A DNA stretch of 64,000 nt from assembly GCA_018653605.1 (NCBI GenBank), contig JABHYY010000018.1, positions 29,324-93,323 on the forward strand. The letters are read 5' to 3'. The translations under genes were made by a program, and so were the position numbers. This document shows, in pieces, positions 17,387-26,730 of the stretch (its first letter is position 1; each line of letters starts with the position of its first letter). The notes beneath the pieces were generated by a model that did no database searches, was not told the DNA's origin, and saw nothing but the letters and a program-made list of their open reading frames with translations. The DNA comes from an archaeon. GTDB taxonomy: Archaea; Nanobdellota; Nanobdellia; SCGC-AAA011-G17; GW2011-AR17.

Positions 17387-18613
17387 ATGAGCGCACTAAA
17401 TGACATATTTTACAGGCTTGAGCAAGCATGGACCAAATACAACCACCTTTCACCTAGAGAGATCTGTCTAAGAACACCAGCTATTGATAGAGATAGTGAA
17501 ATTGTAGGAGTTAGAAAAGATCTAGCACAAACTCAAGTTGATGCAGAAATATTACTAAGAGCAATCACAGATTATACATTAGGAGAATACTTAGGAGCTA
17601 CTGGAAACATTCCAACAACAAGCCAATATTTACAAGAAGTTGGTTTTTATTGCGATAAACCTGGACACAAAGGATCACCAATTGTAGCAACAGGAGTTTT
17701 TCCACAAACAAGATTAGACAGATTGGTATTAAGCCCAAGAAATTTAACACACATTCATCACAATAAACAACATGGTCAATCTGAACTAAGAAGGATCTAC
17801 AGAAGAAATAGGATCTTTTGTCCTAGCTGTAAAAGTCCAACAACTAGAGTAAAGACAGCAGAAGTGATTTCAGTTTATGATGCAGAAAAAGAAGAAGAGT
17901 TACAAAGAAGCATCAAATCATTAAGATCAGTTGATAGAAGAAGAGTACAGGAACTAATGCATCCAGATTTAAGATTTCAAACTTATATCAATGTAGCAGG
18001 AGGAATAACACCCATTTCAACTTTGCTTAATCAAGATCCAAAAAAAAGAGTAAGAGCATACCCACAAGTTAAACAATTAGTTAGAGAATTTGGAGCACCA
18101 TTGATAACAGCAAAATCAAGAATGAAATTTAGAAGATTGGTAAAAAAATATCTATTAACACAAAATATTGAAACAGATAGAAGATTTTTAGACATTTTAG
18201 GAATAAGATTTATAACAGAAAGTTCAAGTCAATGTTATGAACTATTTTATAGAACTTTTCAAAACTTGCCCTTTTTAAACATAGGTGAATTTCATAACGC
18301 ATTAGAAGATTACATAGCAGAGCCAAAAGAAGATACAGGATATCAAACTCTACAAGGATTATTCTCAATAAGCCCACTTATTCCATTAGATGAATCAAAC
18401 CTCCCAGAAGGAGAATTAAATAGATTCTTGTCTTGGATATGTCTTGAAGCACAAACTAGAACTTTTGAAATGGAAATTGCAGCAAACAAGGATGGTTATC
18501 ATGATAAAGGGACAAGAAAAAAGCTAAAACAAAGAGGATTAGAACCAAAATTAGTTTTCATGGAAAAAGTTGCAGACCCAAGAAAAATAGCACCACACAA
18601 AATACATCACTAA
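17387..18613 (+). CDS. RelA/SpoT-like nucleotidyltransferase (alarmone-synthetase / toxSAS-like) with novel N-terminal domain
   Basis: 408 aa; C-terminal half carries the RSH synthetase motifs SRMKFRRLVKKY...DILGIRFI, GYQTLQGLF (cf. GYRSLH), LEAQTRTFEMEIAAN (cf. E[IV]QIRTxxMxxWAE), HDKGTRKK; TATA tttaaata 27 bp upstream. Confidence 0.55.
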   Translation: MSALNDIFYRLEQAWTKYNHLSPREICLRTPAIDRDSEIVGVRKDLAQTQVDAEILLRAITDYTLGEYLGATGNIPTTSQYLQEVGFYCDKPGHKGSPIVATGVFPQTRLDRLVLSPRNLTHIHHNKQHGQSELRRIYRRNRIFCPSCKSPTTRVKTAEVISVYDAEKEEELQRSIKSLRSVDRRRVQELMHPDLRFQTYINVAGGITPISTLLNQDPKKRVRAYPQVKQLVREFGAPLITAKSRMKFRRLVKKYLLTQNIETDRRFLDILGIRFITESSSQCYELFYRTFQNLPFLNIGEFHNALEDYIAEPKEDTGYQTLQGLFSISPLIPLDESNLPEGELNRFLSWICLEAQTRTFEMEIAANKDGYHDKGTRKKLKQRGLEPKLVFMEKVADPRKIAPHKIHH

Positions 18614-20343
18614 TCTTTTTTCTCATATAACTTTTCAATCACTGCAGCAAATGCAGGCCGAGTCAAAAACACACCCATAGTAACTCCAACAATTGTAGTA
18701 ACTGCAAAACCTCTAATCAAACCAGCACCAGCATTCCATAAAGGGATCATAGCAGCAACAGTAGTTGCATACGCAACAAAGATAATAAAGAAAGCTCTTT
18801 TAATTTTTTCTTTCCAATTTGTAAACCTTTCATCTGCACCCCTAATAGCTTCATCAATAATAACAATTTGATGATCAACACCAGTTCCAATTGCAGCTAA
18901 GATACCAGCAATTGAAGCAACATCTAAGTTCCATCCAACCATTGCAGCAAATCCTAAAATCAAAAGCACTTCAGATAAAACTGTAGTCAACATTGGAATA
19001 ACAACTTTGAAAGCTCTATACCTAATAAAAATAACAACTCCAACTGCAATCAAAGCAAACAATCCAACCCACAAAATATTTTTCAAAAAGCTTTCACCAA
19101 GAACAGGAGAAACACTATCTAACTGTGCAATCTCAAGATCAAATGGCATTGAACCAGTTATCAAAATAGTTTGCAACTGATCCATGTTAACTGAAGCATC
19201 TTCAACAGCTTCCATTTTATTAGATCCATAACCAGGACCAGAAATAGAAATTTGTGTAGTTGACTTACCTTTCAAATCTTCACCAATATTCAAACTATCC
19301 ACCAACTCACCATCCAAATTAAAATCAATAGTTTCATTCAAATAACTTGACCCACTATCACCATAAACAACATCAAGATCTTTTGTAGCATCAGCCATTA
19401 TATCAGCAGCTTCTTGTGCCAATGTAACAGAAAACTCAAACTGACAATACCACTGAGTTCCAGAAATTTGGTTACAACTCCTTATCCCAGAACAAGACCC
19501 ATCATTTCTACAAACATACAACACATCTTCCTCACCACCCTCGAAAACCAAAGTCTCTCCAACATAAGCTTCAAACTTACCTTGTTGAGAAATCAAATCC
19601 CTAACTTCATCCTGTGTAACACCAGCAATCTCAACTAATATATACTGATTACCTTGCCAATCATTTGCAGTTCTAATAACAATATCACTCAAACCATAAA
19701 CATTCAACCTATTACTCAAAACTTTAATCAAATCAGTAATATCTGCATCACTAACTTGAGTTTCAGAAATAGGCTCTAACAAAACCCTAGTTCCACCTTG
19801 TAAATCTAAACCAAGAACTAAGTTAGACTTTTCAGCTTCACCAACAGTAATATCCAACATTTCACTAGACAAATATACAATCTCCCCTGAATCAGTTGTA
19901 ATTGAAATTCTATTTTTAGGAACCAACTCACCCAAATAATCTTCAAGATCTTCATTAGTTTCAAACTCAAGACCATTCAAACCAATAAGTGTAGCATCAC
20001 TTTCCAAATACTCTGAATTTAAAATAGTTAAATTTTCATCAACAACAAACCCAACATCATTTGTAATTGAATAAGCAGTAGTTTCAAGAGAAGTTTCAAC
20101 AACTAAAACCTGTTCCTCATACACCATTGCTTCAGTAGCATCATAAAAATCTTCTAAAGTATTAATTTCATGATCATTAATAGAATACAAAATATCCCCA
20201 ACCTCCAAACCAAACTCATCAGCATCAGAACCAGAAGTAATAGACTGTACTTCAATACCTTCAGCCCAAGGGTTAGGACTTATTGCAATAACAGCCAAAA
20301 TCAAGGCAGCCACTAATATCCAAGCTCTAAAAGGAACCTTCAT
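18610..20343 (-). CDS. secD: protein-export membrane protein SecD
   Basis: 577 aa; N-terminal TM, large extracellular domain, C-terminal 5 TM bundle; adjacent and coupled to secF. Confidence 0.8.
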   Translation of the reverse strand: MKVPFRAWILVAALILAVIAISPNPWAEGIEVQSITSGSDADEFGLEVGDILYSINDHEINTLEDFYDATEAMVYEEQVLVVETSLETTAYSITNDVGFVVDENLTILNSEYLESDATLIGLNGLEFETNEDLEDYLGELVPKNRISITTDSGEIVYLSSEMLDITVGEAEKSNLVLGLDLQGGTRVLLEPISETQVSDADITDLIKVLSNRLNVYGLSDIVIRTANDWQGNQYILVEIAGVTQDEVRDLISQQGKFEAYVGETLVFEGGEEDVLYVCRNDGSCSGIRSCNQISGTQWYCQFEFSVTLAQEAADIMADATKDLDVVYGDSGSSYLNETIDFNLDGELVDSLNIGEDLKGKSTTQISISGPGYGSNKMEAVEDASVNMDQLQTILITGSMPFDLEIAQLDSVSPVLGESFLKNILWVGLFALIAVGVVIFIRYRAFKVVIPMLTTVLSEVLLILGFAAMVGWNLDVASIAGILAAIGTGVDHQIVIIDEAIRGADERFTNWKEKIKRAFFIIFVAYATTVAAMIPLWNAGAGLIRGFAVTTIVGVTMGVFLTRPAFAAVIEKLYEKKD

Positions 20344-21218
20344 TCTTTTCCTCCCTTTTTCTTAGCATACCAAACCAACACACCCGCATTCATTGCATAA
20401 GTAATAATAACATCAACTAAAAGCCCAATCACAATAACCATAAACATTTGCTTTAGAACCAAAGAAGTTGCAACAAGGAAAGCAACACTCAAAGCAGCAA
20501 GTGTAGTACCAGTCATAGTAAGACCAGTTTTCATAGCACCAATCATCCGATCCACAGCCTTACCCTCTTTTCTTTTCAAAACTTTAGTAGTTAACAAAAT
20601 ATCAGTATCAATAGAATAACCAATCAACAATAATAGTGCAGCAATTCCAGAAGTAGATAAATTAACTCCCATCAAAGAAAGTATAGCTAAAGTAATAACC
20701 ATATCAGAGAACGCAGCAAACACAACAGCAAAAGAAGGAATAAAACTTCTAAAAGTAATCAAAACAACAATAGCCATAAACAAGAAAGCCAAACCAATAG
20801 CAACCAACATTTGCTGATAAAAACTCTCACCTAAAGCAGAACCAACAATTTCCAAAGAATAATTATCAGAGTTCAACTCAAACCCAATATAATCCTCAAT
20901 TGCTAATAACAAAGCCTCTTCATCAGCCTCACTAGTTTCAACAACAAACCCTATCTGCACATCAGAAGCAAACTCAGAAAGTTCCCTCACATTCAAATCA
21001 ACACCCAAAGTATCAATCAAATGTTGCTCTAACCCATCAAAATTCTCAGTAGAATAAACAGTAACAGTAATTCCACCCTTCAAAGAAACATCTTTATCTA
21101 TAATATCACCAGTCTGAACATAGTTCATAACTAACACACCTAAAGCCAAAATAACTAGTATAATAGGTATGATAAATAGCTTCTTATAATGCTCTGTGTA
21201 AAACCCTCTCAAATCCAT
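20340..21218 (-). CDS. secF: protein-export membrane protein SecF
   Basis: 292 aa; TM1, periplasmic domain, 5 TM; 4-bp overlap with secD. Confidence 0.8.
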   Translation of the reverse strand: MDLRGFYTEHYKKLFIIPIILVILALGVLVMNYVQTGDIIDKDVSLKGGITVTVYSTENFDGLEQHLIDTLGVDLNVRELSEFASDVQIGFVVETSEADEEALLLAIEDYIGFELNSDNYSLEIVGSALGESFYQQMLVAIGLAFLFMAIVVLITFRSFIPSFAVVFAAFSDMVITLAILSLMGVNLSTSGIAALLLLIGYSIDTDILLTTKVLKRKEGKAVDRMIGAMKTGLTMTGTTLAALSVAFLVATSLVLKQMFMVIVIGLLVDVIITYAMNAGVLVWYAKKKGGKE

Positions 21219-21286
21219 ATCATTCTAAAAATTTCTTCCACTTATAAAGTTTTTTATGTAGGGAACTGTATAGTATTGACTCCACT

Positions 21287-21592
21287 TCAAAGAGATTGAT
21301 CAGAATTTCTATCCCAATCTATACTTCTACTCAGATGCCTATCATATTCAGCAAAATTAGTCCTACTTATTGTATAAAGTCCTGCCCCAATAGTTAAAAG
21401 TGAACCCATCATCAATAATAAGAGATCATCATCATTATCACAATGATCTTCATTCAAACAAGAACATTCTTCATAACTGCTTACTGTTTTATCAAGACTT
21501 CTTTCTTGAGATAAAGGATAAACACTAAGTAACCCAACACCACCCAAAATAACAATTCCTGCCCCTATCATAGGCCTTACATACCACTTCAT
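21287..21592 (-). CDS. small membrane protein (TM - Cys-rich acidic loop - TM), paralogue of next gene
   Basis: 101 aa; N-term IGAGIVILGGVG shared with 21589..22047. Confidence 0.4.
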   Translation of the reverse strand: MKWYVRPMIGAGIVILGGVGLLSVYPLSQERSLDKTVSSYEECSCLNEDHCDNDDDLLLLMMGSLLTIGAGLYTISRTNFAEYDRHLSRSIDWDRNSDQSL

Positions 21593-22047
21593 GTTTCTCT
21601 TCTTCTCCTATAAGCACCAACTAAAATCCCTAAACCGCCTATTATTGAACAAAATGAAACAGCACCTACAATAGATCCAAATAAATAAGGATAGCCTCTT
21701 CTAAATTCATCACATTCTGTCACTTGAGCATCTGAAATGTTATTTTCTCTTAAGTATTCTTCATATTCTTCATCAATTTTAGTAATACCTTCTAGTGCCC
21801 GATTAATACATTCTTCATACACCTGAGTAAAAGTTTCAGGACTATCCATAATACTAAGATCATCTATACAATAACTGCTTGATTTAAGCCTCCTGTATTG
21901 TCTTTCTTTTAGACGCGTTGCATTAAATATTAAGGGAGTACATAGAGAATTAAATTGACTACTATAATCTCCTAGAAAATAATTTCCTCCAACAAATCCT
22001 AAAATTAAAGCTCCTGCTCCAATTAATGCTTGTTTATTTTTCTTCAT
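21589..22047 (-). CDS. small membrane protein (TM - Cys loop - TM)
   Basis: 152 aa; N-term IGAGALILGFVG; C-term TM + RRRRET. Confidence 0.4.
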   Translation of the reverse strand: MKKNKQALIGAGALILGFVGGNYFLGDYSSQFNSLCTPLIFNATRLKERQYRRLKSSSYCIDDLSIMDSPETFTQVYEECINRALEGITKIDEEYEEYLRENNISDAQVTECDEFRRGYPYLFGSIVGAVSFCSIIGGLGILVGAYRRRRET

Positions 22048-22111
22048 TTTTTACCTCAAAAAACCAACAAAACAACTAATAATATTAAACTAAGTAGTTG
22101 AGATTAATTTA

Positions 22112-22510
22112 TTACTCATTGGAATTTCTAATTGATGCCATTACTGTATCATATCTATTTTGATTCTGCTCTAATTGTCTCTCTGATAAACTCTCAGATT
22201 GTATAATTAAATATGGCATTCTTGGGTATCCCAATGTTCCTACTGCATCAACTGTTCCATCACTTTCATAATCCCAAATACCCCCATGTGCCATCCCTTT
22301 AATAAATGGAGGATAAAGAACTGTTGAATCTCCTTTCTGATAAGCACAATAACTTGTCATTCCATCCATTAACCTCTCTGGTCTATGACAACCAATTTTC
22401 TGAGATTCACCAATAGCAACAACAGATGCAAAGCTTGCTACTAATCCTGTTAAAATAATTTTGCCTGCATGTTTTTGTGCCAATTGTCTAATTTTATTTG
22501 TTAATTTCAT
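22112..22510 (-). CDS. hypothetical secreted/membrane-anchored protein
   Basis: 132 aa; N-terminal signal-anchor. Confidence 0.4.
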   Translation of the reverse strand: MKLTNKIRQLAQKHAGKIILTGLVASFASVVAIGESQKIGCHRPERLMDGMTSYCAYQKGDSTVLYPPFIKGMAHGGIWDYESDGTVDAVGTLGYPRMPYLIIQSESLSERQLEQNQNRYDTVMASIRNSNE

Positions 22511-22620
22511 TTTTTCTAATTACCTTACAAAAGTAGTGACGGCACCAGTATATAAAACTAAGTGGTGCATTATGAACCACTATAGAAAGCCTTAAATATT
22601 TCAAAATCCCTAAAAAAAGC

Positions 22621-23331
22621 ATGCAATACCAGCTACTTAAAAAATTAGGAATTAATGAAAATGAAATTAAGATTTACCTATTCTTATTAAAAACAGGCGA
22701 ATCAACTGCACCAGCAATATCAAAAAACACTAACATAGACAAAGCAACTATTTACAGAGCACTTGACAACTTAATCAAACTGGGTTTTGTTAGTGAAATA
22801 AAGATAGACAAAATAAAAAGATTCACAGCTTCACCACCACATAAATTAATTGATAAAACAGAAGAGCTAAAAGAAGAGTTAGAAAAAATTGTTCCAGAAT
22901 TACAAAAGTTAAGTACATTACAAAGAACAACATCCCAAGTAGAGTTATACCAAGGGAAGGAAGGAATAAAAACAGTATTAAGAGATATTTTAGAATCAAA
23001 ACAACCTTATGTTATGATGGGACATGCTCAAACTTTCTTTGAAGAGATTCCAGTTTATTGTGATATATGGTTAAGTAGAATTGTAAAGAAAAAAGTAAGA
23101 GGAAAAATATTATATCCAAAAGGTGAGTTTATTAAAATTGCAAAAAATGAAGAATTTAGATATATGCCAAAAGAATTAACTTCTTTAATTTCAACTTGGG
23201 TTTATGGTAACAAAACAGCACAATTTATTATGACAACACCAGCTTATGTTTTACTAATTAAGAATAAAGAAGTTGCAGAGAGTAATAAGAAAATATTTGA
23301 ATACCTTTGGAAAAAAGCAAAGAAACAATAA
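22621..23331 (+). CDS. TrmB-family transcriptional regulator (paralogue 1 of 3)
   Basis: 236 aa; N-terminal winged HTH ...IKIYLFLLKTGESTAPAISKNTNIDKATIYRALDNLIKLGFV; TrmB-like C-terminal domain. Confidence 0.7.
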   Translation: MQYQLLKKLGINENEIKIYLFLLKTGESTAPAISKNTNIDKATIYRALDNLIKLGFVSEIKIDKIKRFTASPPHKLIDKTEELKEELEKIVPELQKLSTLQRTTSQVELYQGKEGIKTVLRDILESKQPYVMMGHAQTFFEEIPVYCDIWLSRIVKKKVRGKILYPKGEFIKIAKNEEFRYMPKELTSLISTWVYGNKTAQFIMTTPAYVLLIKNKEVAESNKKIFEYLWKKAKKQ

Positions 23332-23382
23332 CCAAACCTTTTTATATAAATAAACCTAATAAACTAATTAAAAAGAGGTAAT

Positions 23383-25722
23383 ATGGAAAGAGCCCTATTT
23401 ATAACTATAATAATACTTGTATTCTGTTTAACTATTTTTTCTCCAGGAATAATAAACCAAGAAATCACAGGCTTGACAACTTTAGACACAAACACAACAA
23501 ATGAAACAGAGGAAGCAACAACAACAGATGAAAACATAACAACAGAAACTCAAGACATAATCACACTAACCCTAAACTCAGACAAGTTCGCACAAAACAC
23601 AGAACCAGAAGGAACAATCTCTTTATACCTAACAAACAACATTCAAACAACACAAACTATCAAAGTTACAGTAGACTCTGTTTACGAAAAAACATTCACA
23701 GATGCACTAACACAAATGTCACACACTTACACAGAACTTTTAGGTGACACAACAGGTTCAAACCCACAAACATCAAAAAAGATTTCTTCATCCTCAGACC
23801 TAGCATTCCAAATTCCAAGATTTTCTGACATAGACTCAGTAACCTTAAACATTGAAGCTGAAAAAGCAGAATTGCCAACAATAGACTTTGGTGGCGAAGG
23901 TTTAACAGATTGGTCCTACACAGGAATTTTCACAAATTACACAACAGTGTACACAATAGCAAAAGACTTTGACTCAAGCACAGAAGGCACAGGCTACATT
24001 CAAAGTGACAACTATTACTGTGAATTTGTAACATTGCCAAAAGCAAGACATTACACAATCTCAGCAAACTACACACAACTTTCAACAAATGGTGACATTA
24101 AAGCAGTAATCCTTTCAGCACCAACAGGCCAACCAACAAGTGGCTGGCAAGGTGGATCAGACAATTGCGACTTACCAGAAACTCAAGGTTCATGTGAAAT
24201 AGAATTAGCATACGCAATTGAAGGTGACTACTTAGTTTGTATCTACTCAGCTGACACTGAAGACGAAGAAGAACAATTATACGAAATTCCAACTGACACT
24301 TCAAATGAAACAACAACAGCATTCACCTGTCCAAAAACAGAAGACAGCCTTTGCTCAAAAACATACAATGTAAACTTTCCAATATTTATCCAATCAGCAA
24401 ACTATGACACAAAAGCAAATAGCACTTTAGATATTGACGCATGGGAAACATCACCAACCTCAATACTAACTGCAGTAAAATACTATGTTGGAACTGACCC
24501 ATACGCAGGAGTTTGTAAAACAAGCACATGTTATGTTCCAATCTCAGTTGAATTCACAAGTGGAACCTTAAACTTCTCAGGCTTAGATGTAGTTTACGAA
24601 TACAATGGCATCCAACAATCAACAACAACATACTATGACTTAGTCACAGAAACATCAGAAATAAACACAATCAATTCAAAAAGTCTAGATGGAGAAACAA
24701 TAGAATTTGACCTAGACATATTCAACATCAGCTTACCAACAGTTAAAGATTACACAATCACTGTAGAGTTCCAAGGCAATTCAACAAGCACAACATTCTC
24801 AGTACTAGATGCTTCAGAAATATTAGATGCAACAACTTTAATTGAAAATTCACTAGCTGACTTTGAAACCTTTTTGAACCAAGCAAATCAGGAATACTAT
24901 GTGACTTACATGCTAGACTTAACACAAAGCATGCAAACAAAAGAAAATCAATTAGAATCTTACCAAAACCAAATTGGTTTCTTAGATGAAGATACATTGT
25001 TAGCACAAGTTGAATCAACTTTAAGTTCAATGCCAGAAAGTATAACATTCACTGATGAAACAACAGAATTTCAAGTAATAAGCTCACTACCAACTTCCTT
25101 AGACACAGATGAAATTTTAGAAATGCAAGATGATGTAACAGTTGAAGGTTTTTACAAAACAGTAACAATAGAATACTACAATGGTGAAACTGAAACTTAC
25201 AACTTAATAAGAAAAGAAATAATTCCACAAAAAAGTTTAGAAGAAGCTAAATTGTATGAAGTCACATCAGCTGAAGTTTTAAGTTCACAAAGAGGTAGCA
25301 CAGAATCATTTGGTTTATCTTATTCTATAGGAACTTTTGACGAGCAAAAAGATTATTATTATATGACAACTGAAGATGTTGGTTTAGGTGATTTTACAAC
25401 AGTTGTAACTTATGTTGAAAATGATGAAGAAGAAATTGTAATAGATTATATCTGTGGTGATGGTTACTGTGATCCATTTGGTGAATCAGCAGCATCTTGT
25501 CCTGAAGATTGTGTACAAGAAGGAAGCAGTAACATGCTTGTACCTATAATAATAGGAGTTATTGTATTAATTGCAATTATTGTTGTAGTTGTATTAAACT
25601 TGCCAAAGAAGAAATCTAAGCCAGTTCTAACAAGACCTGTAAGGAAACCTGCAGCTAAAGTTGTTAAGAAGCCTGTTAAGAAACCTTCTAGCTCAGGTCC
25701 AAAGCCACTTTTCAAAAAGTAA
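23383..25722 (+). CDS. large Thr-rich cell-surface protein with C-terminal TM anchor and Lys/Pro-rich tail
   Basis: 779 aa; signal peptide, many N-x-T/S sequons, C-terminal CGDGYCDPFGESAASCPEDC, TM (LVPIIIGVIVLIAIIVVVVL) and KKPVKKP tail. Confidence 0.65.
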   Translation: MERALFITIIILVFCLTIFSPGIINQEITGLTTLDTNTTNETEEATTTDENITTETQDIITLTLNSDKFAQNTEPEGTISLYLTNNIQTTQTIKVTVDSVYEKTFTDALTQMSHTYTELLGDTTGSNPQTSKKISSSSDLAFQIPRFSDIDSVTLNIEAEKAELPTIDFGGEGLTDWSYTGIFTNYTTVYTIAKDFDSSTEGTGYIQSDNYYCEFVTLPKARHYTISANYTQLSTNGDIKAVILSAPTGQPTSGWQGGSDNCDLPETQGSCEIELAYAIEGDYLVCIYSADTEDEEEQLYEIPTDTSNETTTAFTCPKTEDSLCSKTYNVNFPIFIQSANYDTKANSTLDIDAWETSPTSILTAVKYYVGTDPYAGVCKTSTCYVPISVEFTSGTLNFSGLDVVYEYNGIQQSTTTYYDLVTETSEINTINSKSLDGETIEFDLDIFNISLPTVKDYTITVEFQGNSTSTTFSVLDASEILDATTLIENSLADFETFLNQANQEYYVTYMLDLTQSMQTKENQLESYQNQIGFLDEDTLLAQVESTLSSMPESITFTDETTEFQVISSLPTSLDTDEILEMQDDVTVEGFYKTVTIEYYNGETETYNLIRKEIIPQKSLEEAKLYEVTSAEVLSSQRGSTESFGLSYSIGTFDEQKDYYYMTTEDVGLGDFTTVVTYVENDEEEIVIDYICGDGYCDPFGESAASCPEDCVQEGSSNMLVPIIIGVIVLIAIIVVVVLNLPKKKSKPVLTRPVRKPAAKVVKKPVKKPSSSGPKPLFKK

Positions 25723-25757
25723 ATCTTTTAAAGGTTGAATAATTCTAACAAAGCTAT

Positions 25758-25829
25758 GCGTGGATAGTTCAACGGCTAGAATTCTGGCCTTCCAAGCCAG
25801 CGATCCGGGTTCGAATCCCGGTCCGCGCA
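25758..25829 (+). tRNA. tRNA-Gly (anticodon UCC)
   Basis: Cloverleaf by hand: acceptor GCGTGGA/TCCGCGC, D arm GTTC..GAAT, anticodon stem CTGGC/GCCAG with loop CTTCCAA, T arm CCGGG-TTCGAAT-CCCGG. Confidence 0.85.
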
Positions 25830-25833
25830 GATT

Positions 25834-26505
25834 TTATCTTTCTATTTTTGATTCAGCAATTACTGCAGAATAATATTCTATTAGTTTTTGAGTTAATTCT
25901 ATAACTTCCACTGAAAGAGCAGGTTGACTTAGATTAATCTCTTTTGGAGCATAGTGTTCAAAAGACTCAACACATAACTTCCATAAATCTTCACCAAACC
26001 TAAGCCCCTCTCTCAAAAATTTTGAATCCTCTAAATCAACAGTAAGATCTTCATGTGCTTCAACTCGATTCATAAGCTGAAAAGCATATTTATATTTGGG
26101 CCTCTCCAATACTGGACCACCCCAATCAAAGAATTTATTACGATAATCTGGAGAAAAAAGGATAGTTTTACTTTCCGCAGGTATATGAGGATAATATGCT
26201 TGAGCAGTCACATATACACCATTTTGTTCTAAAACTCTCACAGGAATTTCAGATATATTACCGTGAAAAAGTCCAAACTGATATTTTGCACAAAATTGAT
26301 CAATTGGAAAATCACCTCTCACAACTTCATCATGTGCCATTTTCATAATACGAGCATGTAAAACAGCATCAGTACCATATTCTACAAAACCCACAAAAGT
26401 CATCAATGAACGATACCTTTGTGACTGTTCTTCATCATTTCTATCTACAAAAGCTAATTGGTCTAATTTCCTTCTAATTCCATTATCAAGATGAGCCTCT
26501 ACCAT
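25834..26505 (-). CDS. kinase-like (APH/choline-kinase fold C-lobe) protein, short
   Basis: 223 aa; GLFHGNISEIPV (HGDxxxxN-like catalytic loop) and FFDWGGP (IDWE/DFG-equivalent); N-lobe apparently absent; starts 5 bp after tRNA-Gly. Confidence 0.35.
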   Translation of the reverse strand: MVEAHLDNGIRRKLDQLAFVDRNDEEQSQRYRSLMTFVGFVEYGTDAVLHARIMKMAHDEVVRGDFPIDQFCAKYQFGLFHGNISEIPVRVLEQNGVYVTAQAYYPHIPAESKTILFSPDYRNKFFDWGGPVLERPKYKYAFQLMNRVEAHEDLTVDLEDSKFLREGLRFGEDLWKLCVESFEHYAPKEINLSQPALSVEVIELTQKLIEYYSAVIAESKIER

Positions 26506-26603
26506 TAAATTTTACTGAAAAAAGATGATTTATAAGTTTTCTGGTTTGTACTTACTAATAGATAATAAATATCTAAGCAAAGTAAAAAAATTCAATTAAA
26601 CAA

Positions 26604-26624
26604 AGCAGTCAACACAAAAAACAG
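26604..26624. repeat. copy 1 of conserved motif AGCAGTCAACAC[A/T]AA[A/T]AAACA
   Basis: Same ~21-25 bp motif also at 30274..30298 and 31946..31970. Confidence 0.7.
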
Positions 26625-26730
26625 AATTACCCCAAAACAAGTATTTTCCTCTATAATAGATTATCAATCTTGAATAAACCTACAATCTAAAAACAAAAAG
26701 TTTAAATAATTAAGTAATTTAATATTAATA

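Noticed and set aside
25758-25900. tRNA-Gly as an integration site for the downstream accessory block
   Set aside because: No direct repeat of the tRNA-Gly 3' end was found downstream within the window, unlike the tRNA-Arg(UCG) locus.
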